Source of the DNA: Candidatus Nomurabacteria bacterium RIFCSPLOWO2_01_FULL_42_17 | GTDB taxonomy: Bacteria; Patescibacteriota; Minisyncoccia; Phycocordibacterales; UBA9973 | DNA length: 53,238 nucleotides | Direction: 5' to 3' | NCBI GenBank assembly: GCA_001785985.1 | Contig: MFVE01000005.1 | Location: 178,533 to 231,770, forward strand | Part shown: piece by piece, positions 8,300 to 16,168 of the stretch | How the letters are laid out: every line of letters begins with the position of its first letter | Numbering within the stretch: position 1 is the stretch's first letter | Program-made: the position numbers and the translations under genes | Notes under the pieces: model-generated | The model's database searches: none | What the model saw: only the letters and a program-made list of their open reading frames with translations | Told to the model about the DNA's origin: nothing

Positions 8300-9397
8300 T
8301 TATCTATTCATCGGCATGATGAGATAAAGGAAAGATGAATCAGAAACAGGAGAGACAACGAGCGGGCTCGACGCCCCAGAGAATTTTATGGAAGCGCTGT
8401 CAGTCGTAATTGATTGAAAACAGTCTAAAAAATATTTATAGTTAAAACCTAGCTCAATATTTTCTCCGGTTATCGCGGCATCCAGATAGGTTTTGTTTTC
8501 TCCGATGTCATTGTTTGCGGATGAGAGCTCAAAAATTTTCTCTTCTGGAGAGATTTTAAGATTGACTTGGTTAAATTTATCTGAAAAAATATTTGAAATT
8601 TTAAGCGCGTTCAATAAATCTTGTTTTAGCACCACTGCATTGGTCGTCGAACTCTTTGGAATAATCTGGCGATAGTCTGGAAAAACTCCATCAATCACTC
8701 GGGAAGTCAGATAAACATCGTCGGATGAAAAAGATATCTGATTTTTATTGAAACAAACTTTTATTAGAGAATTAGACTCGCCAAAAACTCTCAAAATTTC
8801 CGAAATATTTTTATAAGGAATAAGAATGCCTCCTATTTCTGGAAGCCCCTTTACTTTAATCTTTTTCTCAGCCAATCTAAAGGAATCAGTGGAAACAAAT
8901 ACTAGATTATCTTCATTGGTGTGAATAAAAACACTTGAAATCTCAGGTTTAACATCAGACACCGAAGAGCTATAATAGACTGATTTTATGCCGTCTATTA
9001 GCTTCTTTGACTCTATTTCAAAGCTTGTTCCCACCACTCTCGGTATAGTCGGAAAATCTTCGTGCGTTTGGCCTTTTAATTTTATTTTGCTTTTTTTTGT
9101 CCGGATAGATAGATTTCCATCTATGCTCTCTAGAAAAACGTTTTCATTTTGAAAAACATTGGAAAAAATACCTTGGAGGATGCTTCCAGATACAGCCACT
9201 AAACCCTCTTTTTCTATCTTGGCAGGAATTTCAACCTCAATACCGAGGCTTAGGTTTGTTGACCTAAGCTTTAAATATTTTCCGGAGGCAATTAAAAGAA
9301 TGGAATTTAAAATCGGCAAAGTTAAGTTTTTCCCGGTAATTCTCTCCACTTGAGAAATCTTATTTTTTATTTCTTCAATTTTACATTCTAGTTTCAT
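8300..9397 (-). CDS. dnaN: DNA polymerase III beta sliding clamp
   Basis: 365 aa with three-domain clamp length and layout, directly downstream of dnaA. Confidence 0.9.
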   Translation of the reverse strand: MKLECKIEEIKNKISQVERITGKNLTLPILNSILLIASGKYLKLRSTNLSLGIEVEIPAKIEKEGLVAVSGSILQGIFSNVFQNENVFLESIDGNLSIRTKKSKIKLKGQTHEDFPTIPRVVGTSFEIESKKLIDGIKSVYYSSSVSDVKPEISSVFIHTNEDNLVFVSTDSFRLAEKKIKVKGLPEIGGILIPYKNISEILRVFGESNSLIKVCFNKNQISFSSDDVYLTSRVIDGVFPDYRQIIPKSSTTNAVVLKQDLLNALKISNIFSDKFNQVNLKISPEEKIFELSSANNDIGENKTYLDAAITGENIELGFNYKYFLDCFQSITTDSASIKFSGASSPLVVSPVSDSSFLYLIMPMNR

Positions 9398-9547
9398 ATG
9401 TTTATTGTGTTTATAATTTTTTATATTTAATTTATTAATACTATTAAATGTGTTGATAAGTGGATAACTTTTTTTATTTATATTTTATAAAGTTATATTT
9501 TATTTTTTATTTTTTACCAAGGTCTAATAACTTTTAATAACTTCCTC
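9398..9547. other. AT-rich dnaA-dnaN spacer with two DnaA-box variants; candidate oriC unwinding region
   Basis: 150 nt almost devoid of G/C. TGTTGATAA (9451-9459) and aGTGGATAA (9459-9467), followed by long A/T tracts. Confidence 0.5.
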
Positions 9548-10921
9548 TTATTTGAACATAATTCGCAGTTGTTCTAATTCTTGTAAAAGTTGTGGGTCGT
9601 TTTTCAGATCGTTTTTAATTTTTAAACATGAGTGGATGACTGTAGTGTGATCTTTTCCACCCAATTTTTGCCCAATTAAAGGAAAGGACACATTAAAGTC
9701 TTCCCGGAGCAAGTACATCACTATTTGCCTAGCTTTGACTATCTCCTTTTTTCTGGTTTTCTCGTAAACTGAATCTTCTTCTAATTTATAATACTCGCTG
9801 ACTATCTTTACAACATCTTTTATCGCCATATTTTTCTTAGGCTTCATGTTGTTTTTTAGGAGATTTTTTACCTCGGCGAGAGTTAAAGATCTGTTTTTTA
9901 GGCGGTATTGGACAACTATAAGGTTCAAGCTTCCTTCTAACTCTCGGATATTGCCATCGACGGAAGAAGCTATATATTCCAATATTTCTTGATCTAAATC
10001 AATATTAAGCTCTCGTAATTTTACCTTTAAGATTGCCAAACGAGATTCATATTCTGGCGCAGATATGTCTACGATCATGCCGGCGGCAAAACGAGATTTT
10101 AATCGGTCTGCCAATTCGGGGATGTAGTTCGGATGTTTGTCGGAGGAGAAAATTATCTGCTTGTTGCTCTCGTAATAGGTGTTAAAGGTGTGGAAAAGCT
10201 GTTCCTGGGTCGTCTCCATTTTCCCGATGAATTGGATATCGTCTATGATCAAGAGATCATATTTTCTATATTTTTCTTTAAATGAATTTGCTTTGTTGTT
10301 TTGGAAAGAATTTACCAAGTCGGTGGCGAATTTCTCTAAAGTTATGTAATGCACCTTTTTCTCCGGGTATTTCTCTTTGATCATATTCCCTACTCCTTGA
10401 ATCAAATGAGTTTTCCCGAGCCCAGTGCTCCCGTATATGAAAAATGGATTATATAACGTCCCAGGACTTTTTATTATTGCTTGAGCGGCCGCATAGGCGA
10501 GCTCATTAAAAGATCCCACAATGAAGGAATTAAAGTGGTAGCGCGGGTTTAAATTGTCTTCCGGGCTGATATAAAGATCTCGTAGCGGCAGTTCTTTGTT
10601 CACTGAGTTCACTGAGCTTTCATTTTCCACTACCGGGGCCAATTCTTCCTTTACTACTTCTGTTTTGGTAATAGTGTATTCAACCGCGCGCATATTCTCA
10701 TAAGCGTCGGCAATCGTTTTGGTGATGAGCTTGTGATATTTGTTTATAAGCCAATCGCGAACGAATTCATTTGGCACACCAATATAAATAATACCTGTAT
10801 CCTCCCTTATGATAGATGTGTTCTTGAACCAAGTGCTAAAATTTGCCCTTGAGATGCTTGTTTCGATTTCAGCCAAGCAGTTTTTCCAGAGCTGTTTTGT
10901 ATTCATATTCATTGGTTCCAT
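9548..10921 (-). CDS. dnaA: chromosomal replication initiator DnaA
   Basis: 457 aa with AAA+ Walker A GSTGLGKTH, Walker B IIDDIQF and C-terminal DNA-binding helix (GGKDHTTVIH). Confidence 0.97.
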   Translation of the reverse strand: MEPMNMNTKQLWKNCLAEIETSISRANFSTWFKNTSIIREDTGIIYIGVPNEFVRDWLINKYHKLITKTIADAYENMRAVEYTITKTEVVKEELAPVVENESSVNSVNKELPLRDLYISPEDNLNPRYHFNSFIVGSFNELAYAAAQAIIKSPGTLYNPFFIYGSTGLGKTHLIQGVGNMIKEKYPEKKVHYITLEKFATDLVNSFQNNKANSFKEKYRKYDLLIIDDIQFIGKMETTQEQLFHTFNTYYESNKQIIFSSDKHPNYIPELADRLKSRFAAGMIVDISAPEYESRLAILKVKLRELNIDLDQEILEYIASSVDGNIRELEGSLNLIVVQYRLKNRSLTLAEVKNLLKNNMKPKKNMAIKDVVKIVSEYYKLEEDSVYEKTRKKEIVKARQIVMYLLREDFNVSFPLIGQKLGGKDHTTVIHSCLKIKNDLKNDPQLLQELEQLRIMFK

Positions 10922-11037
10922 CTTATACTATTTACAAAATGTTTGATACTTGCCAAAAGTTATTAAACTTGTTGATAAACTGTGGATAAAATTTTTTCTT
11001 GATTTATTGCTTAAAATATTATACACTCCATTTACAT
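10922..11037. promoter_or_regulatory. dnaA/rpmH divergent spacer with DnaA boxes; second oriC candidate and dnaA autoregulation region
   Basis: TGTTGATAA (10970-10978) and perfect TGTGGATAA (10981-10989), 11 nt apart in the same orientation. rpmH promoter candidate is TTGATT(10999)-17-TACACT(11022). Confidence 0.5.
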
Positions 11038-11172
11038 ATGTCATTCACGTATAAACCAAAAAAGAGAAAAAGAGCTCGAAGTCATGGATTTCTGGTTCGA
11101 TCTAGGATCAAAACTGGTAAAAAAGTTCTAAAACGAAGACGCCAAAAGGGTAGAAAAAAGCTCAGTGTTTAA
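11038..11172 (+). CDS. rpmH: 50S ribosomal protein L34
   Basis: Below the track cutoff. Own translation: [44 protein letters not shown] (44 aa). Canonical position before rnpA. Confidence 0.93.
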   Translation: MSFTYKPKKRKRARSHGFLVRSRIKTGKKVLKRRRQKGRKKLSV

Positions 11173-11174
11173 TC

Positions 11175-11528
11175 ATGTTACCTAAAAAGAATAGAGTCAG
11201 CACGAATGAAGTCGATAAAATCTTTAAAGAAGGAAAATTTTTAAATTCTCCCAATTTAACTTTTAAATACATTAGAAATCAGAGAAATCAGGATAAAGAA
11301 ATAAAAATTTCCTTTATTGCGCCGAAAAGCGTTGCGAAATTGGCAGTCACGAGAAATTTATTGAGAAGACGCGGATATTCTGCTCTGGGAGAATACTTGA
11401 GAGAATATATTTCTGAATTCCCCAGTGGTCTCCGGGGTCTCCGGGGGGTTTTTGTTTTCAAAAAATACCAGGATGATATTACAACAATCAATAATGAAAT
11501 TAAAAATATTCTCGATAAAATTAATTAA
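11175..11528 (+). CDS. rnpA: ribonuclease P protein component
   Basis: 117 aa, basic, with conserved rpmH-rnpA-yidD-yidC order. Contains a 9-nt tandem duplication (GLRGLR) at 11427-11444. Confidence 0.88.
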   Translation: MLPKKNRVSTNEVDKIFKEGKFLNSPNLTFKYIRNQRNQDKEIKISFIAPKSVAKLAVTRNLLRRRGYSALGEYLREYISEFPSGLRGLRGVFVFKKYQDDITTINNEIKNILDKIN

Positions 11529-11709
11529 TTTATACCAGAAGTATCTGTCGCCGCTTTTAAAACCGCGTTGCGTTTTTTATCCCTCTTGTTCAGAATACAC
11601 CAAACAAGCCATCGCCAAATATGGCGCGCTAAAAGGTTTTTATTTTGGATTTTTGAGAATCCTGCGCTGCCACCCGTGGCAAAAGAATCATATCGACCCA
11701 CTCCTTTGA
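11494..11709 (+). CDS. yidD: membrane protein insertion efficiency factor YidD
   Basis: From internal ATG 11494: MKLKIFSIKLINLYQKYLSPLLKPRCVFYPSCSEYTKQAI...CHPW. Has the YidD Cys motifs. Overlaps the rnpA end. Confidence 0.85.
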   Translation: MKLKIFSIKLINLYQKYLSPLLKPRCVFYPSCSEYTKQAIAKYGALKGFYFGFLRILRCHPWQKNHIDPLL

Positions 11710-11733
11710 TTTTTAGGTTTTTTCGGGTAGAAT
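11706..11733 (+). promoter_or_regulatory. yidC promoter (TTGATT-16-TAGAAT) placed 6 nt before the ATG
   Basis: -35 at 11706-11711, -10 at 11728-11733, ATG at 11740. Confidence 0.45.
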
Positions 11734-11739
11734 GAAAGA

Positions 11740-12492
11740 ATGATTCACGATATTTGGAATGCCCTTTTATACAAGCCATTAATTAACGCTTTGGCTTTTT
11801 TAGTTTCTATTATTCCTGGCGGGGATGTCGGTTTAGCGGTTATTCTTCTGACTATTTTTGTTAAAATAGTGCTCTTCCCTTTTTCTCAAAAAGCCATTAA
11901 AAATCAAGCCGCAATGAGCATGATGGCTCCCGAGCTCGATAAAATTAAAAAAAGCGGGGTGAGCAAAGAAGAGCAGGCGAAATTAACCTTTGAGCTTTAT
12001 AAAAAACACAAAACCAATCCATTTTCCGGATGTCTTTTAGTTTTGATTCAGATTCCCATTATTTTTGCTCTTTATTATGTCTTCTTTAAAGGTATAAATT
12101 TTGAAAGCGGCTTGCTTTATTCCTTTGTTCAAGTTCCGGAGAAAATGAATATGATTTTCCTAGGATTGATTGATCTTAGCCAGAAAAGTGTAATTTTGGC
12201 AATTTTGGCGGGAGTCTCACAATATCTTCAGGCGCACTTTATGCCCAAACCGCGAACTGCTCCCGGCGCCGCGCCAAATTCCTTTGCAGAAAATTTAGGC
12301 AGAAGCATGCAAACACAAATGAAATATGTTTTCCCTTTTTTGGTTGCCTGGATCGCTTACAGCATCTCCGGCGCAGTCGCTTTGTACTGGATTGTCAGCA
12401 ACATTTTTGCCGTAGGTCAGCAGATTTATGTGAATAAAACAGAAAAGAAAGTATTAGATGAAGAAGTAAAAATTTTAATTACTGAAAAGTAA
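11740..12492 (+). CDS. yidC: membrane protein insertase YidC (short form)
   Basis: 250 aa, multi-TM, YidC/Oxa1 core (KHKTNPFSGCLLVLIQIPI). Confidence 0.9.
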   Translation: MIHDIWNALLYKPLINALAFLVSIIPGGDVGLAVILLTIFVKIVLFPFSQKAIKNQAAMSMMAPELDKIKKSGVSKEEQAKLTFELYKKHKTNPFSGCLLVLIQIPIIFALYYVFFKGINFESGLLYSFVQVPEKMNMIFLGLIDLSQKSVILAILAGVSQYLQAHFMPKPRTAPGAAPNSFAENLGRSMQTQMKYVFPFLVAWIAYSISGAVALYWIVSNIFAVGQQIYVNKTEKKVLDEEVKILITEK

Positions 12493-12503
12493 ATGCAAAA
12501 GAA

Positions 12504-12995
12504 ATGAAAGCAGAAGAAATTCAAAATTTAATAAAACAATTGATTGAAAAAACTGGAGTTACGCTCAAAGAAATTTCTGTAACTCTAGATGGACCCAAAA
12601 ATATGTGGGTGACAGTCATAGTCGCCGAGCCTCACTTTTATCTTTCGTCTGAGGGCGAAGGATTGCATGCTCTGAATCACCTAGTACACAGGATTATTGA
12701 AAATAAAATGATTTCTGAATCTGCGTCTCTGCCGGCAGGAGAAAAATCTGGTCTGGGTATCATTATTGATATAAATGGTTTTCAGAAAAAGAGGGTGGAG
12801 GCTGTCCGCGCGATAGCGCATATGATGGGAGAGCGCGCCAGGTATTTTAAATCCAACATCGAAGTCGATCCAATGCCGGCTTTTGAGCGCAGAATTGTTC
12901 ATGAATTTTTATCCGAAGCAACTGACCTCAAAACTGAATCTACCGGCATGGGGCATACTCGCCGAGTGGTGATCAAGTACGTTGGTGATTTATAA
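12504..12995 (+). CDS. jag: Jag/KhpB-type RNA-binding protein (KH + R3H)
   Basis: 163 aa with conserved position after yidC and an R3H-like C-terminus (ERRIVHEFL). Confidence 0.8.
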   Translation: MKAEEIQNLIKQLIEKTGVTLKEISVTLDGPKNMWVTVIVAEPHFYLSSEGEGLHALNHLVHRIIENKMISESASLPAGEKSGLGIIIDINGFQKKRVEAVRAIAHMMGERARYFKSNIEVDPMPAFERRIVHEFLSEATDLKTESTGMGHTRRVVIKYVGDL

Positions 12996-13034
12996 ATCAC
13001 CAACAAGATTTAAACCTTTAAATATTTAAATATC

Positions 13035-13065
13035 CTCAAATAAAAATCTGTGATTTTTATTTGAG
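13035..13065. terminator. 13-bp hairpin between convergent jag and the T4SS-like operon
   Basis: CTCAAATAAAAAT-ctgtg-ATTTTTATTTGAG. Overlaps the stop of the 443-aa minus-strand gene. A second 12-bp palindrome (12981-13004) overlaps the jag stop. Confidence 0.45.
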
Positions 13066-14388
13066 ATCCAGTTTCCAAAGCAAAGAATCTTTTTTGTTTA
13101 CAAAAAATAAGTAATTTTCATCCCCTTCTAGCGCTAGTTTTATGCCGTCAATTTCTTCTCCGGTGATGACTGGATCTGAGATTATCGTTCCATTTCCTGT
13201 TTTAATGTCTATCTTCCAAAGCTGGTCAGAGAAAGATATTTCCCCCCGATACCAAGCGTCTGGATATTCATTCGGGCTAATTGATTTTGGCACTGCGCAG
13301 TAGATACTATCACTTCCCTTCCCCCAGACACATTTCTCTGGCAGAGTTTTGAATCCTAGTACATCAGAATTTCTCGTATCGGTGTGATAAACGCTCAATG
13401 ACAAATTATTATCGCTATAAAGAATTAATTTTCCGTTCGGACTTCCCAAGGTGATCAATCCATTTACTTCGCCTAATACTTTCGTTAGATTTTTACCAGC
13501 TCCGTCCATGCTGTACATATACCCTCCGACATTCGCCGATGGTTTGGTCGTGAGAGTGATGGTATTGCTCGCTCCCCAGAATGAGAGCCATTCTGTAAAA
13601 GGAGAATCAAATATTTGGATTTTTTTATTATTCAAAAAGCTTAAAGTTGTTCCAAACATATTGTCCCCGCTGGTGAACAAATAGAACATTTTTGAAGTAT
13701 CGGGTGAGATGCTGATATCTGTTACATTGTTAGGCAAAAAAGATCCCTTTATTTCGTTATCTCCGGTTGTATCTCCTCCTAGCAATTCTTTTGGAAGAAC
13801 ACCGACAAAAGTCTCGATCGTTCTCTCGTCGGGTTTTAAATAACGCATGACTATAGCTTGACCGCGATTGCCAAAATAGGCATCATATACCTTCGGTATA
13901 ATTGTTCCGGAGAATTGTCTCTCTTCTATCTTGTCCGCGAACGTTTGATAAATATTTCCAGTTGCCCTGTCTACGTACCGGAGAGCGGGTGCAAATTCAG
14001 TCGGAGGTGGAGTCGGCTTTTTTGTTCCGACGCTTGCAGTTGTCTCTCCCGAGGTCCCCGCCTCTATAGGTGTCGGAGTCGGCAGATCCTTTAATCTTTC
14101 CTTGCTAAAGACAGTGAACCCGGCTACGGGCATGCTGGAAACCTGCACTAATTTATTTACAGGTGTTTCCGCGGGAGCAGGGGTAAATTCGGATGTATTA
14201 TCTTCTGGCGTGGTTGTGGGAGGGGTTGTTTTATTGCTTCCAAATGGGTTGAATTGCGAGATGAAATTTGTACCTGTTCCTTCATCTGTCGGCGCAGTTG
14301 TTCCGGAACGGAAATATAAAAATCCAAAAACCGAAATTACTGCCAGACTCAAGATGATTATTAAAAGTATGAGATTTCTTTTTGACAT
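13057..14388 (-). CDS. membrane-anchored secreted protein, unknown function (Thr/Pro-rich linker + beta-rich, propeller-like C-terminal domain); last gene of the T4SS-like operon
   Basis: 443 aa with an N-terminal TM (LILLIIILSLAVISVFGFLYF), then TPPTTTPEDN and PTPTP linkers. No recognisable catalytic motif. Confidence 0.6.
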   Translation of the reverse strand: MSKRNLILLIIILSLAVISVFGFLYFRSGTTAPTDEGTGTNFISQFNPFGSNKTTPPTTTPEDNTSEFTPAPAETPVNKLVQVSSMPVAGFTVFSKERLKDLPTPTPIEAGTSGETTASVGTKKPTPPPTEFAPALRYVDRATGNIYQTFADKIEERQFSGTIIPKVYDAYFGNRGQAIVMRYLKPDERTIETFVGVLPKELLGGDTTGDNEIKGSFLPNNVTDISISPDTSKMFYLFTSGDNMFGTTLSFLNNKKIQIFDSPFTEWLSFWGASNTITLTTKPSANVGGYMYSMDGAGKNLTKVLGEVNGLITLGSPNGKLILYSDNNLSLSVYHTDTRNSDVLGFKTLPEKCVWGKGSDSIYCAVPKSISPNEYPDAWYRGEISFSDQLWKIDIKTGNGTIISDPVITGEEIDGIKLALEGDENYLFFVNKKDSLLWKLDLK

Positions 14389-14400
14389 AAAATAAATTTA

Positions 14401-15117
14401 TTATGGGCTAGGACTTGGTGTTGTTGCTGGTGCGGGAGCAGTTGCCGGTATAGTTGCATCACTTTTCAGCAGGTCTGGATTTATGGTGAAGAGCAGCGCG
14501 TAGGCGCCAAGGGCTATGACTAGACCGATGAGCGCATTTACAATCCTATCTTTGCCCGCTTCTTTGCTTGAGATCAATTCACTAGTCATATATTCGAGTC
14601 CCCCCATAACAATCATAACCACCGACAAGACTGCGCAGATGCCGATAAATATTTTTATCATCAGATTCAAATAAGATCCTAATCCACTTGCGGTGTTAAT
14701 CGCGGTTAATTTGCCATTCTCACAACCTGGATCCTTGCCTGTCTCACAAGGCAGTGGTGTCAAAAGTTGATAGGACGTATTTGTTTTAGCTGGTGGATTC
14801 GTTCCTGCACCTGTGCTTGTACTCGTGGCTGGGGCCAATGTTGCCCCCCCACCGCTATATCCGGAAGCGCCCGGAGCCACCTGTCTCTTATCGTTGCAAG
14901 GTGGATTTGTAGCAACTCCATTTCTGTAAATACAATCTGGTGAGCTGGGGGTGGCACCCTTTGTACTAAAATCCGCGACACAGGGTGAATTTGTCGGTAC
15001 GCCATATCTATAGACGCAAGGTTCATTCGGGTTTGCTGGGGATGCAGTCACTTCCATTGTCGGACTAAAAATTCCGACCAAGGCAATTATTATTAAAATA
15101 TATTTTATGTGTTTCAT
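14401..15117 (-). CDS. type IV secretion system pilin-like protein (TrbC/VirB2-type, CPR T4SS_pilin family)
   Basis: 238 aa with a signal peptide and two Cys-rich repeats (PCVYRYGVPTNSPC / PDCIYRNGVATNPPC). Two C-terminal TM helices are separated by a short charged loop (LNLMIKIFIGICAVLSVVMIVMGG...IVNALIGLVIALGAYALLF), the VirB2/TrbC topology. Confidence 0.65.
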   Translation of the reverse strand: MKHIKYILIIIALVGIFSPTMEVTASPANPNEPCVYRYGVPTNSPCVADFSTKGATPSSPDCIYRNGVATNPPCNDKRQVAPGASGYSGGGATLAPATSTSTGAGTNPPAKTNTSYQLLTPLPCETGKDPGCENGKLTAINTASGLGSYLNLMIKIFIGICAVLSVVMIVMGGLEYMTSELISSKEAGKDRIVNALIGLVIALGAYALLFTINPDLLKSDATIPATAPAPATTPSPSP

Positions 15118-16086
15118 TTAAAATTCTACCTCTATTTCTTTGGTGGCTGTTTGGAAAATTTTGTCCCTGTTTTTTATTTCTAATTTCAATTTCGATGTTC
15201 CATGTGTTCTCTCGGGTGCTGATATTGGCATCAGATTTTTCTTGAAACTGGTTAAATTTACCAAAGCATCATTGATGAACCAGCTCCAGATCAATGCCGG
15301 GTTTTGTAATTCTTTTGGGGAAATAAAATAAGGGGCGGCTTCCACTATTTCTGGCCCTTGTATTTTATAAGTGTCGGGCAGTATTCTATCCCAGAGAGTT
15401 CCGAGGATGCTGTCGTTTTTGTAAAATAATATTTTAGGCTCTGCCATTGCTATGTCTATACCTGCCTCGGAGGAATATTTCTGGTCTACAGTTGAGGCTG
15501 TCACCGATATATTGTTTGCATCTTCTAAATAATCATTAGTGAAAAGAAAAGAATTTTTACCATAGCCTGAACCATCTACACTATTTGTATAATCTTTTTT
15601 CCAATAGTAGGTCATATTTTTAGGAGAAACATTCCCGGAACTGGTCCTGATCTCAGGTATCGCTACCACCTTCACCTCGCTATCAGGAGAGGGTAAAGCT
15701 TTGCCACGGTAAAAAGGCGGAACATATGAATCGTTTGCTTGCCAAAGCAAGACCATCACAGAAGGCTTGATCAGTATGGTGGTGTCCGTCGTTCCCTCCG
15801 GCAGATATACGAGGGCTACAACTTTTGTCTCCCCTCCCGCTCCCGGCGCAGTAGCAGAAAAGGATTTTTTTCCTATTCCTTCCGAAACAGTTTTACCGTT
15901 CACGGACCAAGAGATGAGGACGCTGTCTAAATTGTCGACAAAACTGCTCAAAGTAATAGCTACATTTTCATAGGGAGCTGGATTAGGAGGTGCTATGTTT
16001 ACTGAGATGTTAGTAGACGGAATAGCATTCGCTGTTGTTCCACACAGCAGGAATGTCGCAATCAATAATGAAAGTTTTAATTTCAT
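15118..16086 (-). CDS. secreted protein, unknown function
   Basis: 322 aa with signal peptide MKLKLSLLIATFLLCGTTANA. Its stop abuts the pilin start, suggesting translational coupling. Confidence 0.6.
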   Translation of the reverse strand: MKLKLSLLIATFLLCGTTANAIPSTNISVNIAPPNPAPYENVAITLSSFVDNLDSVLISWSVNGKTVSEGIGKKSFSATAPGAGGETKVVALVYLPEGTTDTTILIKPSVMVLLWQANDSYVPPFYRGKALPSPDSEVKVVAIPEIRTSSGNVSPKNMTYYWKKDYTNSVDGSGYGKNSFLFTNDYLEDANNISVTASTVDQKYSSEAGIDIAMAEPKILFYKNDSILGTLWDRILPDTYKIQGPEIVEAAPYFISPKELQNPALIWSWFINDALVNLTSFKKNLMPISAPERTHGTSKLKLEIKNRDKIFQTATKEIEVEF

Positions 16087-16092
16087 ACTTAA

Positions 16093-16101
16093 ATTATAGC
16101 A
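16093..16101 (-). promoter_or_regulatory. internal extended -10 promoter (TGcTATAAT) for the secreted-protein/pilin sub-operon
   Basis: On the minus strand: TGCTATAAT, then ttaagt (6 nt), then ATG 16086. Confidence 0.5.
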
Positions 16102-16110
16102 CTTATTTTT

Positions 16111-16133
16111 ACTTTATGAACTTTATAACTTTT
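16111..16133. repeat. 23-nt dispersed repeat ACTTTATGAACTTTATAACTTTT (copy 1)
   Basis: Identical 23-mer also at 28025-28047. Both copies lie just upstream of minus-strand start codons. Confidence 0.8.
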
Positions 16134-16135
16134 TA

Positions 16136-16168
16136 CTCCCAGATAGCGCCTAAAGCGCTATCTGGGAG
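16136..16168 (-). other. perfect 14-bp hairpin overlapping the virB4 stop codon (attenuator or processing site candidate)
   Basis: CTCCCAGATAGCGC-ctaaa-GCGCTATCTGGGAG. No U-tract follows it on the transcribed strand. Confidence 0.5.

Noticed and set aside
11427-11444. 9-nt tandem duplication GGTCTCCGG x2 in rnpA (SGLRGLRG)
   Set aside because: It is real in the sequence but is most simply a replication-slippage duplication of three codons in a variable loop. There is no evidence of function.
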